A stretch of 64,000 bases of DNA from Octopus sinensis (taxonomy: Eukaryota), in the NCBI RefSeq assembly GCF_006345805.1, contig NC_043015.1:23684001-23748000 (forward strand). Direction: 5' to 3'. Shown here piece after piece: positions 15,421 through 29,331 of the stretch; positions within the stretch are counted from its first letter, which is position 1, and each line of letters starts with the position of its first letter. Position numbers and translations under genes: made by a program. Under the pieces are notes generated by a model that had not been told where the DNA came from, searched no databases, and saw only the letters and a list, made by a program, of their open reading frames with translations.

Positions 15421-16652
15421 TTATTCAAGCAGAAACACAAACACAAACACAAACATGTTTCAGTAAATCAGATTGGCAACGCGAGTCTTTCATAACGCAA
15501 GACGCCTGTTGTCACATGCTTTCGCAATACGTAAGTACTGCACTGAATTCGACGAACTACAGAAGATGGAGCGCGGAGTAAAATCAGATCGCACGTGCAT
15601 ATATGCTTGTATCATAGAATTACAAGAAGCCACTTACATCAGTGATATCTTTAATTATAGAGCTCTTCCTTCAACCCCCAAATTGGGGTTAAACAACATC
15701 ATCAACAACAACTGTAACAATATGATTGCCTTGAAAGTCAGAAAAGGACATGTATTACTCGTTAATATCACAACATTAATAGCAGTCCATAATTATCTCT
15801 AGTTATTTCAGTAACTCATTAGCGTGTAATTAACATTATCATTCTGTAGTTTCTTACTATGTCATCCATACAAGATTATTTTAGGAAATGATTATTAAAT
15901 TTTAAATTATTTTCCTCCATTCATTTCTATAGTGTACATGAGAATATTTTCTATAGAAGGAGAGAAAAAGGAAATTGTAAAGAATAGAGAAATATGCAGA
16001 AGGACAAGCCTGTATGCATATTTACTATATGTGTGTATGTGTGTGTGTGAAGACACATGACTTAATGTATGTGAAGGTGTATGTTGTCTTTCGAGTTCTC
16101 AGCCACTTGCAAGTTAATCTTACGAGCAAGCTGTTGCTTTGATGGGGTCAACTGGAACACTCGTCGTCGTAAGCTACAGAGTGATAGTCAAATACATATA
16201 TAGATCGATAGATAGATAAATAGACAGACAGACAGACAGACAGACAGATAGATAGATAGACAGACAAACAGACAGACAGACTGACTGATAGATCGCTACA
16301 AACACCATGATATTGATTGAATATTTGATTTTTATCACTCTCGCTACATGCACTGTCCTCAGAGCGACACTCAAGCCATCTGAAATGTTCGTATTGGAGG
16401 TTCCGATGCGAATGACAAACAGTAAAGCATATCTTTTCCCAATTTCTAGCAGTGTGATTTGCATCATGGGGCCGTTTTCCTCCCAAACGGAGCCCAACTG
16501 TCCCTACTATACGGTGTAGTCGATAAAATCAAAGGCAAACAAAGCAGATGCACAGAATTAATATTATAAAATGGTGACAATTTACCTATCGCAACCTGTG
16601 TATGTATACATACATATACACACACACACATATATATATTATATATATATAT

Positions 16653-16714
<62 letters not shown>

Positions 16715-16730
16715 GTGTGTGCGTGTATAT

Positions 16731-16767
<37 letters not shown>

Positions 16768-16768
<1 letters not shown>

Positions 16769-17316
16769 GAGCAAAACGCCCCCCGTCCAATGGAAGGTGC
16801 TGAATAATATCTGGTAAATAAAAAGCAATTAGTGTTTTTTTTTTCATTAAAAAATAATTAAGCATGCTTTTATTTCAATTAAACTTTTGATTTTGTTAAA
16901 CAAAATAAAGGCAAAAAGATTTCTTGAGAAATCAAACAGACATTCCTTCCTTCATGCCAAATTTGAAAAAATATCTCTTCTGCATCTTACTATTTTGGTC
17001 TCTTAAATATACTGCATTTTGTAGGATTATCTCAAGCCAGTCGGCTTTTTTTGCGCAAACTGCACGTGCATTTTTCTCGGGTACGCGTAGTATTGATCGC
17101 AATAGCTGATGTACTTGCGCGTACAAAATGCACGTTTTCATGGCTTTATCGATCGCATTCTTACCTGGAATCGATTTTTGTAATTTGTTCAAGACTTTTA
17201 CACGCCCTGATACCGTCGGTATCTACATATCAAATTTGAGCGCAATCGGATTGAGCGCAATCGGAGATCCCAGAAGACACACAGACAGACAGACAGAACG
17301 GATTTTATATAATAGA
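16768..17316 (-). mobile_element. Putative non-autonomous Helitron
   Basis: Minus-strand 5' end A|TCTATTATATAAAA at 17316. The 3' end is CTCG|T (non-canonical) after a weak GC hairpin. Confidence 0.45.
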
Positions 17317-17331
17317 TATACATAATATATA

Positions 17332-17372
<41 letters not shown>

Positions 17373-18841
17373 CATACATGTATACAAATATACATACACA
17401 CACACACACACACATCCACATATATATATATATATATATATGTGTGTGTTTGGGAAGTGCCTGTAATTAAGTAGTGCTATTACGAGTCTTAGAGTACAAA
17501 AAATTAACTAAGTTTTAGAACTCCATGTAAATTTTTTAAAACACAATTTCAATCACGTATTAAATGTTATTTGTCCAGCGATTTTCGTTTCAATAATTTA
17601 GTTACTGTAGATACGAAAGCAGAATACAGCAATAGTGTCAGTTTGATTGTATTACAATATCGTGAATTGCACCAACTTTCTTATATATATATAACCTAAT
17701 GCATAAGAAAAACTTATCTGGAAATCTGTTGTGTGATTATATAGAGAAAAGTTGAGAAAGAGGAGACCAAGACAGACCAAAGTAAATAAAACTAAGATTA
17801 AATGTATGGGATTAAAGAGGAGGAGATGAAGAACGTCAACATCAACAAAATTAACAATATTCTATTGAAAGATAATTAGCTAATTAGATATCTTGAATCT
17901 TTTCGATGATGGGCAAATAGAAGTGTTGGCGTAAAAGCAAATATAGAAATATAAAAAAATGAAACTGAATCTAATTGATGCCTAGGAAAGGGGGCTCCCA
18001 GGTAGAGCCAAAATTTTGGAGTATTTTGTCGGCGTAAAAAGATAGTTAAGAAAATGAAAAGAGTTAGGTAAAAAAAAAAACAATCAGAACTAAATTTAAA
18101 ATATCTTTAACTGAAATCAGGATGGTGGTATAAATGATTAATTAATAGTTGTTAAAAATGAAATCTTAATTAAACTAAGTTGTGGGATTCTAAAATATAA
18201 GGTTTGATAAATATTCTGTTACACAAACTGTTCACAGAGAAAGAGAACCTGATTGTAAAGTCGAGTAGCAACGGTATCAGATAGATTAATGTTTATGGTA
18301 GAGACTGAATGTATGAATAGCTTACACATTAGCTATAAGACTGTTTCATCACAAGAGGTAAAGTAACTTTATCAGTATAACTTAAATATCACCTACTAAA
18401 TGTGTAATGGTGGATACTTTACAACACGGGTTAATTCTGCTTATCTTCGAAGTTGTCGTAGCGAGAGTAGTTTGAAGTCTTGCTGACATTGAAAGAATCC
18501 TGGCAACAATAATTTGCGAATTAGTTTATCTACTAGGTTCGGTGTAGTCATGTTTCCAAACATTCAATCTCATTCTAGCAATAAATTCTAGCACCGAAAC
18601 AAATAACTCATTTTATAATCCGGAGCATGTCCATCATTGATGAATTCTGTAAAGTAATACACACACATATATATATATTTATTTATATATATATATATAT
18701 TCACACACACACATGCACACATATATATGGTAAATGAGTGAAGGAAGATGGAAGATGCGAGAAATTTTATTACTCACTACAATTGTTTCGACATATCTAT
18801 CATCGATCCATGTGTATGTGCGTGTGTGTGTGGTGTGTGTG

Positions 18842-18899
<58 letters not shown>

Positions 18900-19604
18900 A
18901 TGTATATCTGCTGATGACATGGAATAAACATTAAACATAGTATATACTTTAGAGTTGTGCTTGTTTCACAATTTACTGCATATGAGAATTTCACTTCGAA
19001 CTGAACCTTCTTTCAAAGGTGATTGTAAATGTATCTAAAATATAATAGAGATATTAATTAAAGCTTCATCAGATTCCTGATGATGTTTATGCTCTTCTTG
19101 AATATACTACTCGAAAAATTCAACGCATTTTTGTTTGGGGGTCAAACTTTTCTTAACCCATCACCGGATTATGATGTTATAGTATGGCGCCTGGTAAAAA
19201 TGTTCCCAGGTTTTCCGTTGCTTTAGCTTGGTGTCTAGAGATTTGACTATTGTATGGAAGCGACGAGGTACCGTAAAAAAAATGTTTTGTTTTAAGATTA
19301 AATATTAAGAAACCCTACCATTCTGCCATGCTCGCTTTTCATTTTGCGTTTCAAAAGCTGAAAAGTTTTGCTTTACGTCATTAACATGAAAATAGTGTAA
19401 TGTTATATGAACGAAAATGTGCATTTAAACTCAAATAGTAGTTTTAATACGTTATCTTTAAATTCATTTATACATCTATAAAATTCCAACGAGAACATAA
19501 AAATACTGCAAGATGATACTAAATGCAGAAGAATTCTGTTACAAGCAAAACAGTATGAAAGAAGTCATTTATCCTGAGAATCTTTATGACTGTTTTCACT
19601 GTAG

Positions 19605-19647
19605 ATTTTGGCCCAGCATTCCAGTGGGGTTTCCATGTAATTAACAG
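19605..19647 (+). CDS. Candidate small exon ((D)FGPAFQWGFHVIN) of an unidentified gene
   Basis: TGTTTTCACTGTAG acceptor, CAG|GTATGT donor, 43 nt, open in phase 1 to 2. Confidence 0.3.
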
Positions 19648-21069
19648 GTATGTATCTCTATTGCAGCAATACATTTCAGTATCAATACACGAATATACGA
19701 ATTGGTAAGATATTTCCTAACTTAAAACTTCTAAATACATGAATTTTATTTCTTAAGTTGATGAGACACACTTGAAAATATGTACTAACTGTTCTACAAA
19801 CAATCTTATTTTTCATAAAACGCTGTTTTGCAGAAGTTCTTTATTCAGAATAAACTAATAAACTAAAGAATTAAGGGTTTCTATTTTGGTAAGAAAATAA
19901 GGGCTTCTCAATATTCCCTTTTTATTAATTGTAAACTAAATGTATTAATATCAGGTGTATTAATTTTTTAAGGATGTGTTACAGTGATATGCTCTTTAGA
20001 CCAGGGGAGTCTGTTCGCTTAGATAAAACAATGTATAATACATATGTACAATTTTTTCACTTTACATATTGCGCAAATTACATTTCGATCTACATGGACA
20101 TTAGAGCAGACAATTGCCTTCCCCGATTTGAGATACTCTTAAACGTTTCCCGAGCTCCTAGGACTATCAAACATATGTATTTCAATTTACAACACAATAG
20201 TTAATGAAGTCCTAAATATACAGATCTAGTACAAGATTTCGTAAGTCCTTTATTATTAATTGTGTCTTCACTTTTGTTGAAGTGTGTATGGATTTATAAA
20301 GCCATTTATGTAAAGTTGTATTCCATGTGAATATATGTAGTACATTTGGTTTTTAATTCTGCGGTCGTTATTCCATCTTTGGGATTGCACTTATATCTCT
20401 AGATGCCTTACTCTTCTGAATTTGAGACCTATGCAATATCTTCATAGAAATGAATTTATTGGAACCATTTCTCATGAATAGGCATCCGCAACTATGTCAT
20501 AATTTGAACCTACCATAGTTGAAGACATCTCCACTTCCCTCCCTACCAATATTTGAAGACTCCAGCCTTTATACAACCCAAAGTAGCCTACAAAATTATG
20601 AAATGTAAATGGATATTCACATATTCAGCACCCAGTCTGATATCAATTACAAAGGCATGCGAAGCTTAAATTACTTTTGATTACAAAATATTGAAACGTT
20701 ACTCCTTCTCTTCTATAACTGTTATTTCATAACACTGTCATAATATAAATGATTCTACGTAAATAATCAATTAAATGGAAGATGATATTAAATATTGCCA
20801 GAAAGACGTAAAAATCACGCAAAATAGAAAAAAAGTCACATTTTTAAAGAATTTTATGACACTGGAGAAGGAACATGTATGAGGGATACAGTGTCCAGTA
20901 TTTATTAGGATTTGAATTATTTCTAAACTAAATGTAAATTTTATAATGTACTGCAATGCAAATGTTTTCTTTTAAATTCTCGTAGAAGTACACTGAAACA
21001 GCATCTATATATGTTTGTCCCTGAGTGTGTGCGTGAGTCTGTGTGTGTCGGGGTGTGTCTCTGTACATG

Positions 21070-21107
<38 letters not shown>

Positions 21108-21113
<6 letters not shown>

Positions 21114-21760
21114 TTAAAAATAGGATAAAATCTTCATAAGAATTTATCAAGTATTTAGCGTGAAAAACCTCATAAGAGAAAAAAACCCATCAATTTTTTC
21201 CTTTAGATTTATTTATCTATATTATATAGAGGGCACTATTACACATAGATGTCCCACGCTAGAAGGGACTCTTAAAATCAAAACTACTAAAACCTCTTAT
21301 GAAGCTTTTCACGCTAACTAGTTGATAAGTTCTTATAAAGATTTTATCCTATTTTTAAATTGTAAATTTAACCGGAGTATATTCAATAATGAATTTTTAT
21401 TCCGAATAAGCACGTTGTTACCGAAATGCAATTCGAAAAAGCCCGCCATTTACATAGATGTGTAAGGGGTAAACATTCCTACATGCTGCGTTGGATACGA
21501 TAGCTGTTCGCCTGGTATGTTGTTTTTGTTTATTCATTATATATCTTGAATTATGCTTGCTCTGAGGAGTAAAAAGTGCATAAACTGCACCGATTACGAA
21601 ATTACAGTGTGATATGCGGCGAAATTCTGTTTTTAAATGACCTGCTTCGAGAATTGATTTCGGTACGATATGCTTATTTATTTTAGTAGTTTTGACTTTA
21701 AGAGTCCCTCCTAGCGTGTGGCATTTATGTGCAATAGTACCCTCTATATAATATAAATAT
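21108..21760. repeat. Interleaved inverted repeats (A-B-A'-B') with an internal hammerhead-like motif
   Basis: ~21108-21178 is inverted at ~21294-21364, and ~21215-21292 is inverted at ~21680-21758. CTGAGGA-GTAA..GTGCA/TGCAC..TTAC-GAAA at 21562-21601. Confidence 0.7.
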
Positions 21761-21787
21761 ATATATATACATATATAGAAATTCGGG

Positions 21788-21852
<65 letters not shown>

Positions 21853-21970
21853 ATATATATATATATATGTATGTATGTATGTATATATATGCCTGTATAT
21901 GCCTCTGTGAATATCTGTGTACGTATTAGTTATCACAAAGTTTAGAAATTTCTGTTTTCTAAAGCGCGCT

Positions 21971-22380
21971 CGCATGTTCAACTTCGAATCAAACCTGGAC
22001 GAGTCTTCAATCCGTTCTTTTTTTATTAAATTCTATTCAGCCATGAATATCAGTACTTTTTTTTCTTCCAAACATTGTTAACAATTGATTCCATAATCGA
22101 ACACATCCTTCCACTTTAGATTCCTGTTGCGTGTAATTTTATGAAACTTTGGCTGCTATTTCCAACAAGCTCAGTTAAAACGAACACACTCTACGTTGAC
22201 TTGATGCACTGTAATTAAATCCTACAGTTACCTATTTTACTCATCTCAGCTACGTATAATCAGTTTAATTAACCGACAAACCATTAACATTGACTTATCA
22301 GTTCAGATCATGCTGTGAATGTTACGAGCAGAGCAGTTAGCTGGGACATGCTGACATAGCTGACCTAACTGCTATGCAAC
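21971..22380. repeat. 410-bp direct repeat, copy 1
   Basis: Near-identical to 24522-24931 (CGCATGTTCAAC...GCTATGCAAC). Confidence 0.95.
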
Positions 22381-22689
22381 TCCAATGTATATTTGTATAA
22401 ATGAATATTAAAATGATGGATTTAGCAAATAGTAAAACGGTCCAATATGATGAATATAAAATGCATAGCTCAAATATATATTTGTGAGTAACAATTGATT
22501 GACCTTAGTTACGATTTCTTGGTACTTGTTACCTAAGCTGCAACATTTGAGCAGCAGCTATTCGATATTTAATTCAACATGCAAATTAGGATATCGGGGA
22601 AAATACCAAAATCTTCAAATGTCTAAAATATCCACGATCACTTGTCAGGTGTTGAGTTGCTTGATATTTTATTTTCCTCTTTCATTTTG

Positions 22690-22732
<43 letters not shown>

Positions 22733-24191
22733 TGTATGCATGTATGTATGCATGCATGTATGTATGTATGTAGGTATCGATGTGTAATCATAAAATCCAA
22801 GGATCTAATTAATTGTAAGAAGATTATAAGCGTCGCGCAATCTGTGGTAGAAATAAATAAACAAAGTTCAGGACTAATAACATTTGATTGGCGAGGGTTG
22901 TAGGAGTTTCCCATATCGAAGTTCAATAAGCTGAAAAAGATATTTTTATCCCTCAAGTTTAGCAACTTGACTCGTGCAAAATGCAGTGTTATTAGTTGTG
23001 TAAATAACATACTTATCCATTGTACGTAAAGGAAAATACTTTTCTATTTTTAAGGAGCACACACTGAGGCAGATAGTCACTGACTGTTCTCAGGATGAAA
23101 AATAGGCTATTATGCGCGACACATAACAGTGACCAAAGGGAAAAATTTAAAAGCGAACCTTTGTTTTCGCCATTATTTTAAAATTGGTTACTATATCAAG
23201 GAATTTATAATTTAGGAATCGATGAAAAGAATGAATTAATTCCTGTTTTGTTTGAACATAAATTATAGTTAGAAAACATTTTATAATCTATGAATTTCGT
23301 AATTCGTGGAAAAGTGTGGGAGGAAAAATTCTGAAGCTAGTATGTGCTTTAAACTCTCTGTTAGACTCTCTGCAGTTAGCCTCAAAGATGTTTGATCAAT
23401 TAAAATTGCACACGGAATGAAACATTATCGTTAATGATCATTTTTGTGAAGAAAAGCAATGGAGGCAACTACAAATTCGAAACAAGCCATACAGTATATG
23501 GAGGGTATTAGCATTTACGTAGCAGCATGTTTTTCGTGCACAACAAAACTTTCTCATCTCATTATTATACAATTCAAGTATACGCCTTTAAGAGCAAGTC
23601 AATCTCATATCTAATATAAGAGGTGCGTAATTCAAAGATACAAATCGATAAGAAGAATGAGTTTCAATAATTACGTGCCATACTTTTCCCAGAGCTATTA
23701 GGTTCATAAAATATGAATCGAAGCCTTATCTTATAATCAGTTCGGTGAAAGTTTAAATTGTGCATGGCAGCATTCACTACATCATATCATTATTTCCGAA
23801 AGTCAAAAGCAAATATTAATATACTCAGACTCTCTCATATTCATTGCACTCAAAGATTGCACAAAAATCTGATTATGGTAGCGTGGGATTTATTAATTCC
23901 TTCTTCTATACGATGAATTACCAGAATATAAATGGGATCCAGTACTTTACTGGTATTATATATTACAACCCTCGGAGTATAAAAAAGGAAACAGCCGTGA
24001 TAACACCTGGATTTGCCCAACCAACCTAAAGATTTACAAGTCATTTTGTTATGATGCTTAAACGATTTCGATAGCTCAACTGCCAACCACCACAAACGAA
24101 AACACATAGATTTACTCACATTGGAATCTTTTGTCAAGCACATGATTTCTTCAGACAAATTTATTGTAGCTTTAATATCTTCGTTATGAAA

Positions 24192-24401
24192 GGCAGCGAG
24201 ATGGTAGAATCGTTAGAACTCTGGGCGAAATGCTTAACGGTATTTCGTCTCTTTCTAAGTTCATATTCCGCCGTTGACGATTCTTTTTCATCCTTTCGGG
24301 ATGGATAAATTAAGTACCAATTGCATACTGGGGTCGATCTAATCGACTGCCCCCACCCCCAAAAAATTTCAGGCCCTGTGCCTCGAGTAGATAAGAATAT
24401 T
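24192..24401 (+). mobile_element. tRNA-related SINE, family A
   Basis: GGCAGCGAGATGGTAGAATCGTTAG head (A-box-like), ...TTCATATTCCGCC (B-box-like), CATCCTTTCGGG...GGGGTCGAT core. Confidence 0.8.
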
Positions 24402-24521
24402 TTATGACGTTGATATTTTTGTATATATTTTTATTTTTATATAGTACTTTTTAAATATTTTTTATCATATTTGATATATTTTATATATTTTTATGATATT
24501 TGTTGCAGCCATTACTGCTTC

Positions 24522-24931
24522 CGCATGTTCAACTTCGAATCAAACCTGGTCGAGTCTTCAATCCGTTCTTTTTTTATTAAATTCTTTTCAGCCATGAATA
24601 TCAGTACTTTTTTTTCTTCCAAACATTATTAACAATTGATTCCATAATCGAACACAACCTTCCACTTCAGATTCCTGTTGCATGTAATTTTATGAAACTT
24701 TGGCTGCTATTTCTAACAAGCTCGGTTAAAACGTACACACTCTACGTTGACTTGATGCACTGTAATTAAATCCTGCAGTTACCTATTTTACTCATCTCAG
24801 CTACGTATAATCAGTTTAATTAACCGACAAACCATTAACATTGACTTATCAGTTCAGATTATGCTGTGAATGTTACGAGCAGAGCAGTTAGCTGGGACAT
24901 GCTGACATAGCTGACCTAACTGCTATGCAAC
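24522..24931. repeat. 410-bp direct repeat, copy 2
   Basis: Near-identical to 21971-22380. Confidence 0.95.
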
Positions 24932-25459
24932 CTGTTAAAGGAGGTAACCTATTACACAATATACTAACAACCAAACGCTTGCATGGGCATTCATGTTACC
25001 GATTAATTTATCCTCATTGTCTTCGTCACAATCATCATATTTGTTATAATCCTTCATTTTTCATCATTATCATCTTTTTTTCTTCTTTTGCTACTTTCTT
25101 CTTCTTCTTCCCTTCTTATAACAAAACAAATATTACTACATTCAGTGATAGTCACCCCACTTTGCTGTTGCCCCACAAACAATCCATCATTAGGAACTTT
25201 ACTAAATTTAAGATTATATTCGGCCACATCATCATTAATAATAAAAAGTTATTTATTTCCCTAAGCACATCGGAAAGGATAAATTTTTAGAGTTTTACAG
25301 AATTTTATACTGCTTGTGATGATAAAACTGTGTTTTGTTTTTTCTCAAAGGATGCCTCGTTAAAATTATTTTTGCAAGAATCCTTCATGATGCTCAGGTA
25401 AATCGATATCCAATAATATTACACGATATTATACGATATTAGTCTCGTTTACATACAGA

Positions 25460-25630
25460 CACGTAGGTGTATGTGATGATAAGAAGCTCGATTGCAACCA
25501 CATACATTCGGGTTCAAACCTACTGCGAGGAACCTTGGTCAAGAATCTTCTACTAAAAGTGCGAGCTGACCAATACCATGGACGTGAGACGGATTGGCTG
25601 AAGTTGCATGGAGGCCCAAAGGATATGTAT
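25460..25630 (+). mobile_element. tRNA-related SINE, family B head (degraded)
   Basis: CAACCACATACATTCGGGTTCAAACCTACTGCG...ACCTTGGTCAAG matches the 33985 copy. Confidence 0.65.
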
Positions 25631-26329
25631 ATCCATCCAGCCAGCCAGCCATCCATGTATGCGTGTATTCGTACATACATATGTACATACACACGTACAT
25701 GCATACATACATACATACATACATACATACATACATACATACATACATACACACATACATACATACATGCACACAAATATACATACATACATACATACAT
25801 ACATATCTGTGTGTGCACAATTGCGTACACATATGAACGCGTATCTCTGTGTTTGTTATAACGGTCCCATACCACCGTTTGTCAGCCGGTGCTCGTTTGT
25901 TTAAATTAAGGTAATAGTGATACCGAAAATTCCAGGGATAGAATGAAACTTTAAAAAATATAACTACTATGGTCGGTTTGTTCGAAGATATGCTTCAAAA
26001 TGGTGCTTCAGCAAATCTGCAGTCCAAACAACTAAAAAATTAAATATGAAAGATTTATTATTTTATGTAATGTTTAATATTGTTAACGCAGTATTCAGGT
26101 ATTATTAAAAAGTTCTTATCTCAAAGGATCTACATTTCGATCACACCGGGTGGCGCAAGGGAAAAGCGTCCTCTAGTATATCCTAGGGTTGACCCCTGCC
26201 TTATGAATGATATTGTGTAGACGGAAACTGTACGGAATCTCGTCAGGTGGACTGTATCGTCAATTCAAACGTCCAACCTTTTTATACACGGGATCTTGTA
26301 AATTCTACGTGAGGTATATGCGCCAGACC

Positions 26330-26920
26330 CATTTTTCCTGTTCCAGGAAAAGGCGAAATGCAAATTTAGCTTCGGTGAGATTTGAACTTGGAATGTGAAG
26401 AGCTGAAATAAATACGGCAAAGTATTTTCCCCCAAAATTGTTATAATTCCGCCAGATTGTTCCCCTCAGTGGATTCTAATTTAAGCGCAATGCCAGCAGT
26501 TTTCAGTGGAAGCTTAAGTGGGTACCATCGAATCCAGTACTTGATTGTCCTTTACTTTTTAAACCCCGGGAAATGACCACCAAAATTAAACTCGCCTCGA
26601 TTTCATTTTAAATCGTAAAGATGCGGACGAAATATTGCAAAGTCCTTAGTCGGACACTCTAAGGATTATGCCAGCTCGCCGCCACAACTCATTGGAAATA
26701 ATTGTTTCCGATGTCGGTGGAAGACCAGCAAATTTAAGTGCCGTTAGTCAATAACATTGATCTAAATTCTCAACTGAAACCTCACATTATCACCCATAAA
26801 AGAACCTGAGGCACATTAGATATCAGAGCTATTTGAACTTAAATCGTAATAATATGGACAATATACGGCACAACATTTGCAGGACGCTCTAATAAATGCA
26901 CCAGGTCGCCGCGTTACCTC
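26330..26920 (-). mobile_element. Cluster of three degraded family A SINE fragments
   Basis: Recurring TTTGAACT...AAATACGGC..AGCATTT...GCC motifs at ~26330-26460, 26500-26700 and 26800-26920. Confidence 0.55.
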
Positions 26921-27690
26921 GTTGATAATAATAATAATAGCAATGCCATAAAACGCGTATAGTCAAAGAAAGGTGTCTTTCATAGACGCATTTGTATATA
27001 ACATTGTTATATACAAAACGTTATACATAACGTCCCTTAGTAATAATATAATGGATACAGAAAATTCAGTTTACATACACAACGTCCCCTATTGAGATTT
27101 CTCGTTTCCAACAGGCGTTAAGATAAGTTTATATATCGTTTCTTTCAGCTTTGTTAAAAGCCAGGCATTTCTCATGTCCACCTAACGAGATTATCTCCTT
27201 TCTTCTCAGTACATTCATCAACTAGCCTTCTGTGCATTCTAGGTAGAAGTGCATTGTGGGATTTTGGATACAGCTGCATATAATTAATAACTATAACCAC
27301 ATTGGTTTGGCACGATTCCAAACATTGCATGCTGGTAGGTCGGAGAAAGACATAGAGAAAGCGAAGAGCTAAGAGACAGCTTGAATCTCATTATATCCAT
27401 CATTTGTGTTACTCACTTAACCGTTATGCTAGGTCTGTTCGTGTAAGGTGTGCACCGAACGTAACAAAATCTACATTAATCTTTTCTCTAACTGATTTGT
27501 GTATAAACACACACATACACACATACATTATATCATTATATATATATCTATAACTATCTATCTCTCTATCTATCTAACTATCTATATGTATCTACCTATA
27601 TATCTATATGTACCTATTTATTTATATATATTCATCTAATTATCTATCTATCTATCATCTATCTATCTATCTATCATCTATCTATCTATC

Positions 27691-27756
<66 letters not shown>

Positions 27757-27792
27757 ATATATATATATATATAATATATAATATATATATAT

Positions 27793-27834
<42 letters not shown>

Positions 27835-28293
27835 TATATACACATATATACATATATACACATATATATACTTCAGTATGCGTAAATATGATTACGTGCT
27901 TGTGTTTATCATTGTAAGTAGCGTGATTTAATTCATTCACACGTTGTTATATTATCTTCATATCTTTATACAAACGTGAATAATAGAAATGAGCAACTTT
28001 CGAATACATCGTTAAATTAGTTAATAGCCTTAAGATGTCTAACTGACACCAAGACTTTGTACAATGCTGCTATGAAAGAAATCTTTTGTTAATGTGGATA
28101 GTTTAAGTTTATGCCATAATGCATCTACTCTGCTTAACTATACACTTGGTAATCATGTATTTCTGGATTAAGTGCTACTGTACGGGATATTTGGCAGTTT
28201 TGCACAATGGACTTCAATGATTCATGAATGCCATCTGAGTAGAACATATCAGACATTAACTATGAGAAATCCCGACGCATATATACGTGTGTG

Positions 28294-28343
<50 letters not shown>

Positions 28344-28938
28344 ATATATATATAATTTTATTGTTTGCTTCATATATGAAGCTAATAATCAAATAGATTC
28401 TCCTTGACTGCTGTTCGTCACACTTTTAGTTCGTCTGTCTGAAGATGAAATGCAAAGTAGCGTTAAACTCTTCGTGGGCAACCAAACATATTTCTACCTG
28501 AAATTCTCTTCTTGCTGTTACCATCATTGTGAGGCTGAATCGACCTGATTTCCTCAAATTCCGTTGTTTATTCGTATATTTGCGAATAACAAACATTTAT
28601 TTCTTTATGGAATAATCATAACCGCATTCTCTAGGTCTAGAAGATAAACAACTCTGTTTTTGATCAGCGAATTAAATGATTTTCACCATTAACAGAGACC
28701 GCGAGCGTGAATTACAATCAAACGAGATGTTGTCTATTCTGTAGCGTGATCAGGTTGGAATATCAGTTGACATATCTTAGCGGAAACTATAAAACCATTA
28801 GCTAAATATTTTCATTCGACTCCACAGTTTATAATCATAACAGTTATGAATAAATTCAGATTAACATATATGTGTGTGTGAGGGGGAGACAGAGAGAGAG
28901 AGCGAGAGAAAGAGGGAGGGAGAGATAGAGAGAGAGAT

Positions 28939-28972
<34 letters not shown>

Positions 28973-29296
28973 GGATATGTATGAATTTGACTTAAGTATT
29001 CGTTTTTGGAAGTACCCATACATCTTTTTTAATATCTTCGATTTTGCAATGCATTGACCTTGTACATTTAACCTTCAACCATTTTTTGCTTTAGAACGGA
29101 TTTACAATTTCAGGCGATCTCATATGGATATATATTTTGTATTTATATATTTATATATTTTTTATGTATAATTTTTGTATTTATGTATTATATACTTTAT
29201 ATGATGAACTGTGTCTCTCAGAATATATTGAGGAAAATAAGTTGTATTTTGTTTGTCAATATCTTGAAAGTTGCCTTTTCATTGAATCGTACATTA

Positions 29297-29331
<35 letters not shown>

